The notes under the pieces: generated by a model
Database searches by the model: none
Told to the model about the DNA's origin: nothing
The model's input: the letters and a program-made list of their open reading frames with translations, nothing else
Program-made: the position numbers and the translations under genes
Shown here: piece by piece, positions 7,648 through 14,817 of the stretch
Position numbering within the stretch: position 1 is the stretch's first letter
Layout of the letters: every line of letters starts with the position of its first letter
Source of the DNA: Candidatus Aegiribacteria sp.
GTDB taxonomy: Bacteria > Fermentibacterota > Fermentibacteria > Fermentibacterales > JCC-6
DNA: 14,817 bases
Assembly: GCA_046498225.1 (NCBI GenBank)
Contig: JAWOBF010000034.1
Location: 1-14,817 of the forward strand
Direction: 5' to 3'

Positions 7648-8850
7648 CTAGTGGGGGACTATGCTGAGCAGCACGCCGGCGGCAATGGCGCTTCCGATGA
7701 CCCCTGCCACGTTGGGAGCCATGGCGTGCATGAGCAGGTGATTGTTCCTGTCATACTTCCTTCCCTCGACTTCCACAACCCGGGCGGAATCGGGTACGGC
7801 GGACACTCCCGCCGCTCCCACCAGGGGATTTATCTTGCGGTCGCCCTTGAGGAAAAGGTTCATGAGCTTCGCGAACATGATTCCCCCGGCGGTGGCTATG
7901 GCGAAGCTCACCGCTCCAAGGACGAATATCTTCAGGGAGTCGAAGGTGAGGAAGTAGGCGGCCTGCGTGCTGGTTCCCACCGAGAAGCCCAGGAGTATCA
8001 CAACGATGTTGTTCAGTGAGCCCTGCGCGCTCTTCGCCAGCCTGTCCGTCACTCCGCTCTCCTTCAGCAGGTTGCCGAAGAACAGCATTCCCAGCAGGGT
8101 TATGGCCCCGGGGGCGATGAAGGATGTTATCAGGAATGCTATGATGGGGAAGAGTATCTTCTCCGTCTGTGAGACCTGCCGGACCGCCTTCATCTTCCTC
8201 AGCCTCTCCTCCCTGGTGGTGAGCAGCCTCATTATGGGAGGCTGTATCACCGGCACAAGGCCCATGTAGGAATAGGCCGCGATGGCAATCGCTCCCAGCA
8301 GGGTGGGAGACATCTGGCTGGCCACGAATATGGCGGTGGGGCCGTCGGCCCCTCCGATTATGCCTATGGAGGCCGCATCCTGAAGGTTGAACCCCAGCAG
8401 CAGGGACCCCAGCAGTGTAAGGAAAATGCCTATCTGAGCGGCCGCTCCGAGGAGAAGCAGCTTGGGATTGGAGAGAAGGGCGCTGAAATCGGTCATGGCT
8501 CCTATTCCCAGGAAGATCAGCGGAGGGAACAGACCGCTCCTGACCCCGAAGTAGAACAGGCCGAAGACGGACTGCTGTCCTCCAAGGACATCCTGGTACC
8601 CGATAGGCATCAGCGCGGGGTTGTAGGGTATGTTGCCCGCGATTATGCCGAATCCTATGGGAACCAGCAGAAGGGGCTCGTAGTCCTTCTTTATGGCCAG
8701 GTATATCATTACCAGGCCGATGATTATCATGATGATGTTCCCGAGTTCCACCTGGCCGAAGCCGGTATCACCCAGGTAGGAGAGCAGGTCCAGCCTGTCT
8801 CCCTGAAGGCATCCGGTTACCCAGGCCACAAGTCTCGAGGAAAAGGACAT
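7648..8850 (-). CDS. mmdB: Na+-translocating decarboxylase beta subunit (membrane carboxybiotin decarboxylase)
   Basis: YEPLLLVPIGFG, FPPLIFLGIGAMTDF, GIIGGADGPT (catalytic Asp), AAYSYM, GAAGVSAVP and HAMAPNVAGVIGSA. Highly hydrophobic. The mmd name comes from operon context. Confidence 0.93.
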   Translation of the reverse strand: MSFSSRLVAWVTGCLQGDRLDLLSYLGDTGFGQVELGNIIMIIIGLVMIYLAIKKDYEPLLLVPIGFGIIAGNIPYNPALMPIGYQDVLGGQQSVFGLFYFGVRSGLFPPLIFLGIGAMTDFSALLSNPKLLLLGAAAQIGIFLTLLGSLLLGFNLQDAASIGIIGGADGPTAIFVASQMSPTLLGAIAIAAYSYMGLVPVIQPPIMRLLTTREERLRKMKAVRQVSQTEKILFPIIAFLITSFIAPGAITLLGMLFFGNLLKESGVTDRLAKSAQGSLNNIVVILLGFSVGTSTQAAYFLTFDSLKIFVLGAVSFAIATAGGIMFAKLMNLFLKGDRKINPLVGAAGVSAVPDSARVVEVEGRKYDRNNHLLMHAMAPNVAGVIGSAIAAGVLLSIVPH

Positions 8851-8853
8851 CCG

Positions 8854-9294
8854 TCAGCCTCCGATTTTCATTATGACAGCGTTCTCCAGAACGTTCTCTC
8901 CCTCGGACACCATTACCCGTTCCACCTTGCCGGATCTGGGCGCCTCCAGTTCGTTCTCCATCTTCATGGCTTCCATGATGGCAACCGGCTGTCCCTCGGC
9001 CACGGTATCGCCCTCCCTGACCATCACCTTGAGTATTATTCCCGGAAGGGGGGCCAGCACGACTCCACCGTCCACGTGGGCACCCGGGGGAGAGGTCCTG
9101 TCGGGAACCTCCGCGGCATTGAACACAGCGCGCCGCCTGGAGAGCACAGGTGTCTTGGAGGCCTTTCGGAGTGGAGCCTCCACATCCACCTTGTAGGTCC
9201 TGCCGTCAAGGGTTACGTCCACCGAATCATCCGTTATCCTGCCTATATTCACGGTGTATGTCGTGCCGTTGACCGTTATCTTGTACTCTGGCAT
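8854..9294 (-). CDS. mmdC: Biotin carboxyl carrier (gamma) subunit of the Na+-translocating decarboxylase
   Basis: N-terminal YKITVNGTTYTV, APLPGIILKV and biotinylation motif EAMKMENE. Start set at ATG 9294 (MPEYK), 1 nt after the delta-subunit stop, rather than at 9360. Confidence 0.9.
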   Translation of the reverse strand: MPEYKITVNGTTYTVNIGRITDDSVDVTLDGRTYKVDVEAPLRKASKTPVLSRRRAVFNAAEVPDRTSPPGAHVDGGVVLAPLPGIILKVMVREGDTVAEGQPVAIMEAMKMENELEAPRSGKVERVMVSEGENVLENAVIMKIGG

Positions 9295-9295
9295 T

Positions 9296-9706
9296 TCAGC
9301 GACTCCTGATCCTGTTCTGGAGTGATCCCCACTCCTGGAGTATCTCCGCCCTTCCGGCAAGCCTCCACGGAGTATAGGGTTTCTCGTAGGCTTCCCAGGT
9401 CAGCTTCATGTTCTCCACCTGGTCCAGCAGACAGAAATGAGCATGTATGGCCGCGCTCACGGCCACTATCTCGTCGGGTCTGAGCTTTCTTTCCGATGCT
9501 CCGGAGGCACCGGCAGTTTCAGCTTTCCCTTCCCCGGCGCGAAGCCGGCGCTCCACCCAGTTCTCCAGCACCGGCAGCAGGAACGCCAGGAGCACCAGGC
9601 CGGTGAAGACGGTGAACATTCCCACAAGGGCTATTCCCAGGCCGTTGTCCATGTCCGCCATGGCTGACTGGACCGCCAGCTGAACAGCTGCCGCCTGCGG
9701 CATCAT
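9296..9706 (-). CDS. mmdD: OadG/MmdD family delta subunit
   Basis: One TM helix [21 protein letters not shown], then EIVAVSAAI and a C-terminal [11 protein letters not shown] overlap with the alpha-subunit stop. Confidence 0.85.
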   Translation of the reverse strand: MMPQAAAVQLAVQSAMADMDNGLGIALVGMFTVFTGLVLLAFLLPVLENWVERRLRAGEGKAETAGASGASERKLRPDEIVAVSAAIHAHFCLLDQVENMKLTWEAYEKPYTPWRLAGRAEILQEWGSLQNRIRSR

Positions 9707-11253
9707 AACGGTATGTTCCCGTGCTTCTTGGGAGGAATGGTCTGCCGCTTGCCCGCCAGCATCTCCAGGGCCTTGATTATTCGGAACCTGGTGTTGGAAG
9801 GCATGATGACGTCATCCAGGTATCCCCTTGAGGCCGCGTCGTAGGGGTTGGCGAATTTCTCCCTGTACTGCTCAACCAGCTCCTTCTTCCTCGCCACCGG
9901 GTCTCTGGCTTCCTTAAGGTCCCGGTGGAAGATTATCTCCACCGCTCCGTCCGGTCCCATCACCGCTATCTCGGCCGTGGGCCAGGCGTAGTTTATGTCC
10001 GCCCTTATATGCTTGGAGCTCATCACGTCGTAGGCTCCCCCGTAGGCCTTCCTGGTTATCACGGTTATCTTGGGAACGGTGGCCTCGGCGTAGGCGAAGA
10101 GCAGCTTGGCTCCGTTCCTTATTATGCCGCCGTACTCCTGGACCGTCCCGGGCATGAAACCGGGCACGTCCACCAGGGTGACTATTGGTATGTTGAAGGC
10201 GTCGCAGAACCGGACGAACCGGGCCGCCTTCACCGAGGCGTCGTTGTCCAGGACACCGGCGAGGTAGGAAGGCTGGTTGGCCACCAGCCCCACAGACCGC
10301 CCGTTCATCCTCGCGAAACCGATTATGATGTTGGGGGCATAGGACCTCTGTATCTCCAGGAATTCCCCGTTGTCGGTGACCGCCTCGATTATCCTTCGCA
10401 TCTCGTAGGGCTTGTTGGGGTTGGCGGGGACGAACTCGTCCAGCCACAATTCCATCCTGTCGGCGGGGTCGGTGCAGGACACCCTTATGGGATCCTCCAT
10501 GTTGTTCTGGGGAATGTAGCTTATCAGCTTCCTTATTAGCAGTATGGCCTCCTGCTCGTGGTCGCACACCAGGCTGCAGACTCCGCTCCTCTTGCTGTGA
10601 ATGGCCGGCCCGCCCAGCTGTTCCTTGGTGACGTCCTCCCCGGTGACCGCCTTGACCACGGTAGGGCCGGTTACGAACATGTAGCTGGTATCCTTCACCA
10701 TGATGGTGAAATCGGTGATGGCGGGGCTGTATACAGCGCCGCCGGCGCAGGGACCGAGTATGGCGGATATCTGGGGTATGACACCGGAGTAGAGCACGTT
10801 CTTCAGGAATATCTTCCCGTACCCCGCCAGGCTCTCGATACCCTCCTGGATCCTGGCCCCTCCGGAATCGTTCAGGCCGATGAGGGGAGCGCCGTTCATG
10901 GCCGCCATGTCCATTATCTTCAGTATCTTCTCCGCGAAGGTCTCTGACAGGCTTCCACCCAGCACGGTGAAATCGTGGGAGAAGACGTAGACCTGCCTCC
11001 CGTCTATGGTGCCGTAGCCGGTCACCACGCCGTCCCCGGGGAATTTCTTCTTGTCCAGACCGAAGCTGGTGGACCTGTGAGTGACCAGCATGTCGAACTC
11101 CTCGAAACTGTCTTCGTCGAGAAGCAGGTCTATCCGTTCCCGGGCGGTGAGCTTACCCTTCTGATGCTGTTTCTCTATCTTCTCCTCGCCGCCGCCGGCG
11201 AAGGCTCTTTCCCGCAGCGCCCGAAGCTTGTCCGCCTTTTCCAGAGAACTCAT
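9703..11253 (-). CDS. mmdA: Methylmalonyl-CoA decarboxylase alpha subunit (acyl-CoA carboxyltransferase, PccB-like)
   Basis: [73 protein letters not shown] and C-terminal KKHGNIPL. Confidence 0.93.
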   Translation of the reverse strand: MSSLEKADKLRALRERAFAGGGEEKIEKQHQKGKLTARERIDLLLDEDSFEEFDMLVTHRSTSFGLDKKKFPGDGVVTGYGTIDGRQVYVFSHDFTVLGGSLSETFAEKILKIMDMAAMNGAPLIGLNDSGGARIQEGIESLAGYGKIFLKNVLYSGVIPQISAILGPCAGGAVYSPAITDFTIMVKDTSYMFVTGPTVVKAVTGEDVTKEQLGGPAIHSKRSGVCSLVCDHEQEAILLIRKLISYIPQNNMEDPIRVSCTDPADRMELWLDEFVPANPNKPYEMRRIIEAVTDNGEFLEIQRSYAPNIIIGFARMNGRSVGLVANQPSYLAGVLDNDASVKAARFVRFCDAFNIPIVTLVDVPGFMPGTVQEYGGIIRNGAKLLFAYAEATVPKITVITRKAYGGAYDVMSSKHIRADINYAWPTAEIAVMGPDGAVEIIFHRDLKEARDPVARKKELVEQYREKFANPYDAASRGYLDDVIMPSNTRFRIIKALEMLAGKRQTIPPKKHGNIPL

Positions 11254-11254
11254 G

Positions 11255-11677
11255 TCAAATGTCCTTTTCAGATCGCGGGTGTTCGCACAGCTCTGTGAGC
11301 ACCTTGCCGCTGGAGGCGGGATGGACGAAGGCGATTTTCGCCCCTCCGGCCCCGTCCCTGGGTGAACTGTCTATCATTCTCACGCCCTTTCCGGCCAGGG
11401 CTTCCACCTGCTCCTTCGCGCTGTCCACCGAGTAGGCTATGTGGTGCATGCCCGGACCCCTCTTCTCCAGGGCCCTGGCTATGGGGCTTTCCGGCGAGGT
11501 GGGCTCCAGCAGTTCCACTCTCGATCCACCCACCCTGAACATCGCGACCCTCACCATCTGGGAGGGGACCTCCTCTATTCCCAAAAACTCCAGCTCCAGG
11601 CAGTCCCTGTAGAAGGGAACGGCCTCATCCAGGCTCTCAACCGCTATTCCTATATGATCTATACCATTAACAGCCAT
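11255..11677 (-). CDS. mce: Methylmalonyl-CoA epimerase (VOC/glyoxalase fold)
   Basis: [34 protein letters not shown] and [17 protein letters not shown] 11677 is better spaced from GGAG; ATG 11683 (ATGA overlap with meaB) is the alternative start. Confidence 0.93.
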   Translation of the reverse strand: MAVNGIDHIGIAVESLDEAVPFYRDCLELEFLGIEEVPSQMVRVAMFRVGGSRVELLEPTSPESPIARALEKRGPGMHHIAYSVDSAKEQVEALAGKGVRMIDSSPRDGAGGAKIAFVHPASSGKVLTELCEHPRSEKDI

Positions 11678-11679
11678 TA

Positions 11680-12639
11680 TCATTCTCCCGTTGGTCTTCC
11701 GGGGTATTCCGACAGAATACCGCCTATCCCGTAGGGGGTAGTCTCGCCCCTGAGGATGGATTCAACTGCTTCATCGACACTCCCGAACCTGTCGGCCACC
11801 AGTCGTTCGGCCATGTCTCTTCCCTTTTCCCGAATGACGCTCGCAAGTATCAGGGACGTCCTCCTTCTGACCATTCCCTTCATGTCGCCGACCCCTGATA
11901 CGAAATTCTCTATCTCTTCCGTCAGCCGGTCCATTCCCTGGCCGGTCCGGGCGGAGCATCTGACCACCGGAGGCTTCTCCGCCTCCTCCGGGATCAGCTC
12001 CAGGCTGGCCCTGACAGCGGTTTCCAGCTGGTCTATACCCTGTCTGTCAGCCTTGTTGAGAACGATGATGTCGCCTATCTCCATTATGCCCGCCTTCATG
12101 GTCTGGACCTCGTCCCCCAGGCCGGGCACCAGTACCAGCAGGGTTATGTCCGCCAGGGAGGCTATCTCCACCTCGGCCTGCCCCACGCCGACCGTCTCCA
12201 CCAGCACAGGGTCGAAGGAGGCCGAGGCCAGGACCTCAAGCGCGTCCCTGGTGGAACCGGCCAGCCCGCCGAGATGGCCCCTGCTGCCCATGCTCCGTAT
12301 GAAGACACCGGGGTCCGAAGCATGTTCCTGCATCCTAACCCTGTCCCCCAGCAGCGCGCCTCCGGAGAAGGGGGAGGACGGGTCAACCGCTATCACGCCG
12401 ACCCTTCTATCCATCTGCCTCCAGTAGGTTATCAGGCGGCTGGTCAGTGTGCTCTTCCCGGCCCCGGGAGGACCGGTTATTCCAACGGTGAGACAGGCAC
12501 TTTCGGGGTCGTAGAGTTCATGCATGATGTCGGGAGCAAGGGCGTGGCCGTTCTCCACCATGGAAAGGACCCTCGCGAGGCTCCTGGTATCACCGCTGCG
12601 AACCCTGCCTGCCAGATCGTCCGTCTGGACCTGGAGCAA
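11680..12639 (-). CDS. meaB: MeaB/ArgK methylmalonyl-CoA mutase-associated GTPase
   Basis: P-loop GITGPPGAGKST, VDPSSPFSGGALLGDRVRM, FIRSM, ETVGVGQ, MKAGIMEI and NKAD. TTG start 5 nt after GGAGGT. Confidence 0.95.
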   Translation of the reverse strand: MLQVQTDDLAGRVRSGDTRSLARVLSMVENGHALAPDIMHELYDPESACLTVGITGPPGAGKSTLTSRLITYWRQMDRRVGVIAVDPSSPFSGGALLGDRVRMQEHASDPGVFIRSMGSRGHLGGLAGSTRDALEVLASASFDPVLVETVGVGQAEVEIASLADITLLVLVPGLGDEVQTMKAGIMEIGDIIVLNKADRQGIDQLETAVRASLELIPEEAEKPPVVRCSARTGQGMDRLTEEIENFVSGVGDMKGMVRRRTSLILASVIREKGRDMAERLVADRFGSVDEAVESILRGETTPYGIGGILSEYPGRPTGE

Positions 12640-12665
12640 ATCTACCTCCGGATGGAATGGTTGTT

Positions 12666-13073
12666 CTAGGTGGATCGGCGGGCCTGGATCTCCCGCTTTA
12701 TGAAATCCACAACATCGGTGGCGGCGGTCCCCGGGGTGAAGATGGCCCTGAAGCCGGCTTCCTTCAGCTCGGGGATGTCCTCCTCGGGAATGACGCCTCC
12801 GCCGAACAGTATGATGTCCCCGCCGTCCTTCTCTCTCAGGAGCCGGGCGACTTCGGGAAAAAGATGGTTGTGCGCCCCGGAAAGAAGGGAGAGGCCAACG
12901 AAGTCCACGTCCTCCTGAACGGCCGCGCTGGCAATGGCCTCCGGTGTCTGGCGTATGCCGGTGTATATGACTTCCATGCCGGCGTCCCGAAGGGCCCTGG
13001 CTATATACTTGGCGCCACGGTCATGGCCGTCCAGACCGGGTTTTCCTATCAGAACTCTCACTCTGCCTTCCAT
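12666..13073 (-). CDS. Stand-alone cobalamin-binding subunit of a split acyl-CoA (methylmalonyl-CoA) mutase
   Basis: [12 protein letters not shown] (DxHxxG base-off/His-on), [25 protein letters not shown] and IFTPGT. 135 aa with no catalytic barrel. Confidence 0.94.
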   Translation of the reverse strand: MEGRVRVLIGKPGLDGHDRGAKYIARALRDAGMEVIYTGIRQTPEAIASAAVQEDVDFVGLSLLSGAHNHLFPEVARLLREKDGGDIILFGGGVIPEEDIPELKEAGFRAIFTPGTAATDVVDFIKREIQARRST

Positions 13074-13102
13074 CGCCGCCTCCGGTTTATTTCAGCATTT
13101 AA

Positions 13103-13174
13103 TCCCGCCGGTTTCCGGCGGGAGAACGGTACGTCGCTCCTGCGGGCACTACTTCGGGCACTTCCCGAAAGCCC
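13103..13174 (-). promoter_or_regulatory. Structured putative 5' leader of the mutase/decarboxylase operon (three hairpins); function unknown
   Basis: Minus-strand RNA reads GGGC-U-UUCGGG-AAGUG-CCCGAA-GUAGU-GCCC, then GGAG-C-GACG-UAC-CGUU-CUCC, then a perfect 9-bp UCCCGCCGG-AAA-CCGGCGGGA. Confidence 0.45.
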
Positions 13175-13237
13175 TTACAATTAGCATAATATAATCGTCT
13201 TTGAAGTATGTGCATAATCCAAGTCTGGAGGTTCGGT

Positions 13238-13699
13238 TTGAAGTACGCAGCAGTCCTGCTTATGGCAGTAACAGCGGTCTCACTGGGAGAGGTAAGCGGT
13301 GACATGGTGGCCGGATACCTCGACCAGATAGGAGAAGAACTCGTCTACGAGAGGTCCGGTAACGAGTTCGTCCTACTGGCGGATACCGAGGACGGTTCGC
13401 AGGTCCCCTACATGTTCATCCTGGTGGATTCGGAGATGGAAGGGTGTCTGCTGGTTGGTCTCACGCCGGGGGTCGTCCCCGAGTCGGGCCCTGAGAGGAC
13501 CGAGGCCCTGGAGACCGTCTCCCAGCTGAACTGGGACAACACCTGGGTCAAGTTCGCCACCGACCCGGAGACCGGGGAGGTTTCCGCGATGTACACCTTC
13601 TCCACCGAGAACGGCCTTGGGTACGAGGCTTTCGCCGTGATGATAAACCTAATCCTGGGGACGGTTGACGAGCACTGGGAAACACTGGCATCCATCTGA
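13238..13699 (+). CDS. YbjN-like (type III chaperone-fold) protein with predicted signal peptide
   Basis: GGAGG lies 6 nt before TTG 13238, giving MKYAAVLLMAVTAVSLG. The segment ALETVSQLNWDNTWVKFATDPETGEV resembles the YbjN pattern LN....VKF..D..G.V. Very acidic. Confidence 0.65.
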   Translation: MKYAAVLLMAVTAVSLGEVSGDMVAGYLDQIGEELVYERSGNEFVLLADTEDGSQVPYMFILVDSEMEGCLLVGLTPGVVPESGPERTEALETVSQLNWDNTWVKFATDPETGEVSAMYTFSTENGLGYEAFAVMINLILGTVDEHWETLASI

Positions 13700-13722
13700 T
13701 ATCCTGCTACGGAGGGGAATGA

Positions 13723-14763
13723 ATGTTCGGCAAAATAGCCATCTGCTGCGGTCGTTCAAGCCAGCCGCTGGGTTTTCGCATCTGCGAGATACTCGGCATT
13801 GAACCGGAACCGGTGGAGTTCGTCCAGTTCTCCAACGGCAACCTGATGGTGAACTTCGTGGGAGAATCCGTCCGGGAGAAGGACGTCTTCGTCATACAGT
13901 CCGGTGAGAGGTCCATCTTCCAGGAGCGCGATTTCGCCTTCGGATCCGTATCCGGCGACATAATCGAACTCCTTCAGATGATATACGCCCTGAAGGACAG
14001 CGCCGGGCGCATTACCGCCGTCACCCCCTACTTCCCCTACGCCAGGAGCGACAAGAAGGATAAACCAAGGATAGCCATCACCGCCAAGATGATCTTTGAC
14101 CTTCTGGAGTCGGTCCGGGCACACAGGGTGCTCACCATGACCCTGCACTGCCCCCAGAGCCAGGGATTCAGCAACATACCTGTGGACCAGCTCCACGCGG
14201 ACGAGGTATTCATGGACACCATCATGTCCCTGGACCGTGAGAGGCTGGCATTCGTTGCCCCGGACTCGGGAAGCATAATGAACAACGATTTCCTGGCCAT
14301 GCACGTTGCCAGGTCCATGAGGGAGAAGGGAATGGTCCCGGACATCGAGACCGGGTACGTGAAGAAGGTAAGGATGGACGACAGCGAGACGCCTCACATC
14401 AGGACGGTTGAGGGTGTGGATGACCTCACTGGCAGAACGGTGATAATGAACGATGACGAGACACTCTCCGGAAAGAGCCTGGTCCAGTGCGCGGAGCTGG
14501 CCATGGAGCGCGGAGCGAAGGACGTCTACGCCTTCGTCACCCACGGCATCCTGTCCGGGAACGCAGTGAAGAGGATAGAGGACAGTCCCATGACAAAACT
14601 CTTCGTCACCGATACTGTCGAGTTCAATACCGCCGAGGCGGAGAAGGTGGTTGGCGGTCCGCTCACGAAGATAGAGACCCTTTCCGTGGCCAGGATATTC
14701 GCCGAAGCGGTGAAGCGGATACACGAGGGAAAGAGCCTCAGTTCACTCTTCCTGGGAAAATAG
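13723..14763 (+). CDS. prs: Ribose-phosphate pyrophosphokinase (PRPP synthetase) family, divergent
   Basis: FSNGNL.V...ESVREKDVFVIQS, ELLQMIYALK..AGRITAVTPYFPYARSDKK, LH..Q.QGF..PVD, APDSG, DD-containing PRPP loop, THGILSG and VTDTV. GGAGG RBS. Confidence 0.88.
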   Translation: MFGKIAICCGRSSQPLGFRICEILGIEPEPVEFVQFSNGNLMVNFVGESVREKDVFVIQSGERSIFQERDFAFGSVSGDIIELLQMIYALKDSAGRITAVTPYFPYARSDKKDKPRIAITAKMIFDLLESVRAHRVLTMTLHCPQSQGFSNIPVDQLHADEVFMDTIMSLDRERLAFVAPDSGSIMNNDFLAMHVARSMREKGMVPDIETGYVKKVRMDDSETPHIRTVEGVDDLTGRTVIMNDDETLSGKSLVQCAELAMERGAKDVYAFVTHGILSGNAVKRIEDSPMTKLFVTDTVEFNTAEAEKVVGGPLTKIETLSVARIFAEAVKRIHEGKSLSSLFLGK

Positions 14764-14817
14764 CTTCCTTCTTCCTCATTCCCGAAGACTTGAAAGGTCG
14801 GGTATCAGGGCGCGTAT

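Noticed and set aside
9295..9360. 22-aa N-terminal extension of the biotin carrier in the ORF track
   Set aside because: It overlaps the delta-subunit coding region. Family similarity begins at MPEYKITVNG (9294).
13103..13123. Hairpin as a simple intrinsic terminator or REP-like repeat
   Set aside because: It lies between divergent genes, so no gene ends there. It has no real U-tract on either strand, and I found no second copy in the window. Kept only as part of the leader hypothesis.
13074..13200. Canonical cobalamin riboswitch upstream of the B12-binding subunit
   Set aside because: A GGGAA is present, but I see no B12-box or GCCCCCGCAACUGU-like core, and the region is short for the classic fold.
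1..14817. Mobile elements, CRISPR arrays, tRNA/rRNA, defence or phage genes, frameshifted pseudogenes
   Set aside because: None seen. All recognisable genes look intact and intergenic gaps are too short to hold arrays.

Overview
A gene-dense, GC-rich stretch of bacterial chromosome with no mobile element, CRISPR array, rRNA or tRNA that I can see. The gene content suggests an anaerobe, probably diderm. The core is a minus-strand run of 11 closely spaced genes (13073->4084). It starts with a methylmalonyl-CoA module: stand-alone B12-binding mutase subunit, MeaB GTPase, methylmalonyl-CoA epimerase, and a Na+-translocating decarboxylase in the order alpha-delta-gamma-beta. It continues into an NDP-sugar SDR, a TrmH methyltransferase, an NlpC/P60 hydrolase with an unusual N-terminal domain, and a GT2 glycosyltransferase. 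The catalytic (substrate-binding) mutase subunit is not in the window. The left side holds a Cys-rich TetR regulator divergent from a FabX-like FMN/[4Fe-4S] enzyme. The two share a perfect 21-bp palindrome that also supplies both -35 boxes. An S10 carboxypeptidase and a small predicted outer-membrane beta-barrel follow. The right side holds a secreted-looking YbjN-like protein and a divergent PRPP synthetase. The best leads are the structured, possibly switch-like 5' leader of the mutase/Na+-pump operon (13103-13174), the TetR/operator/FabX-like unit, the NlpC/P60 fusion and the atypical Prs. All family calls come from recognising motifs by eye; no searches were run.
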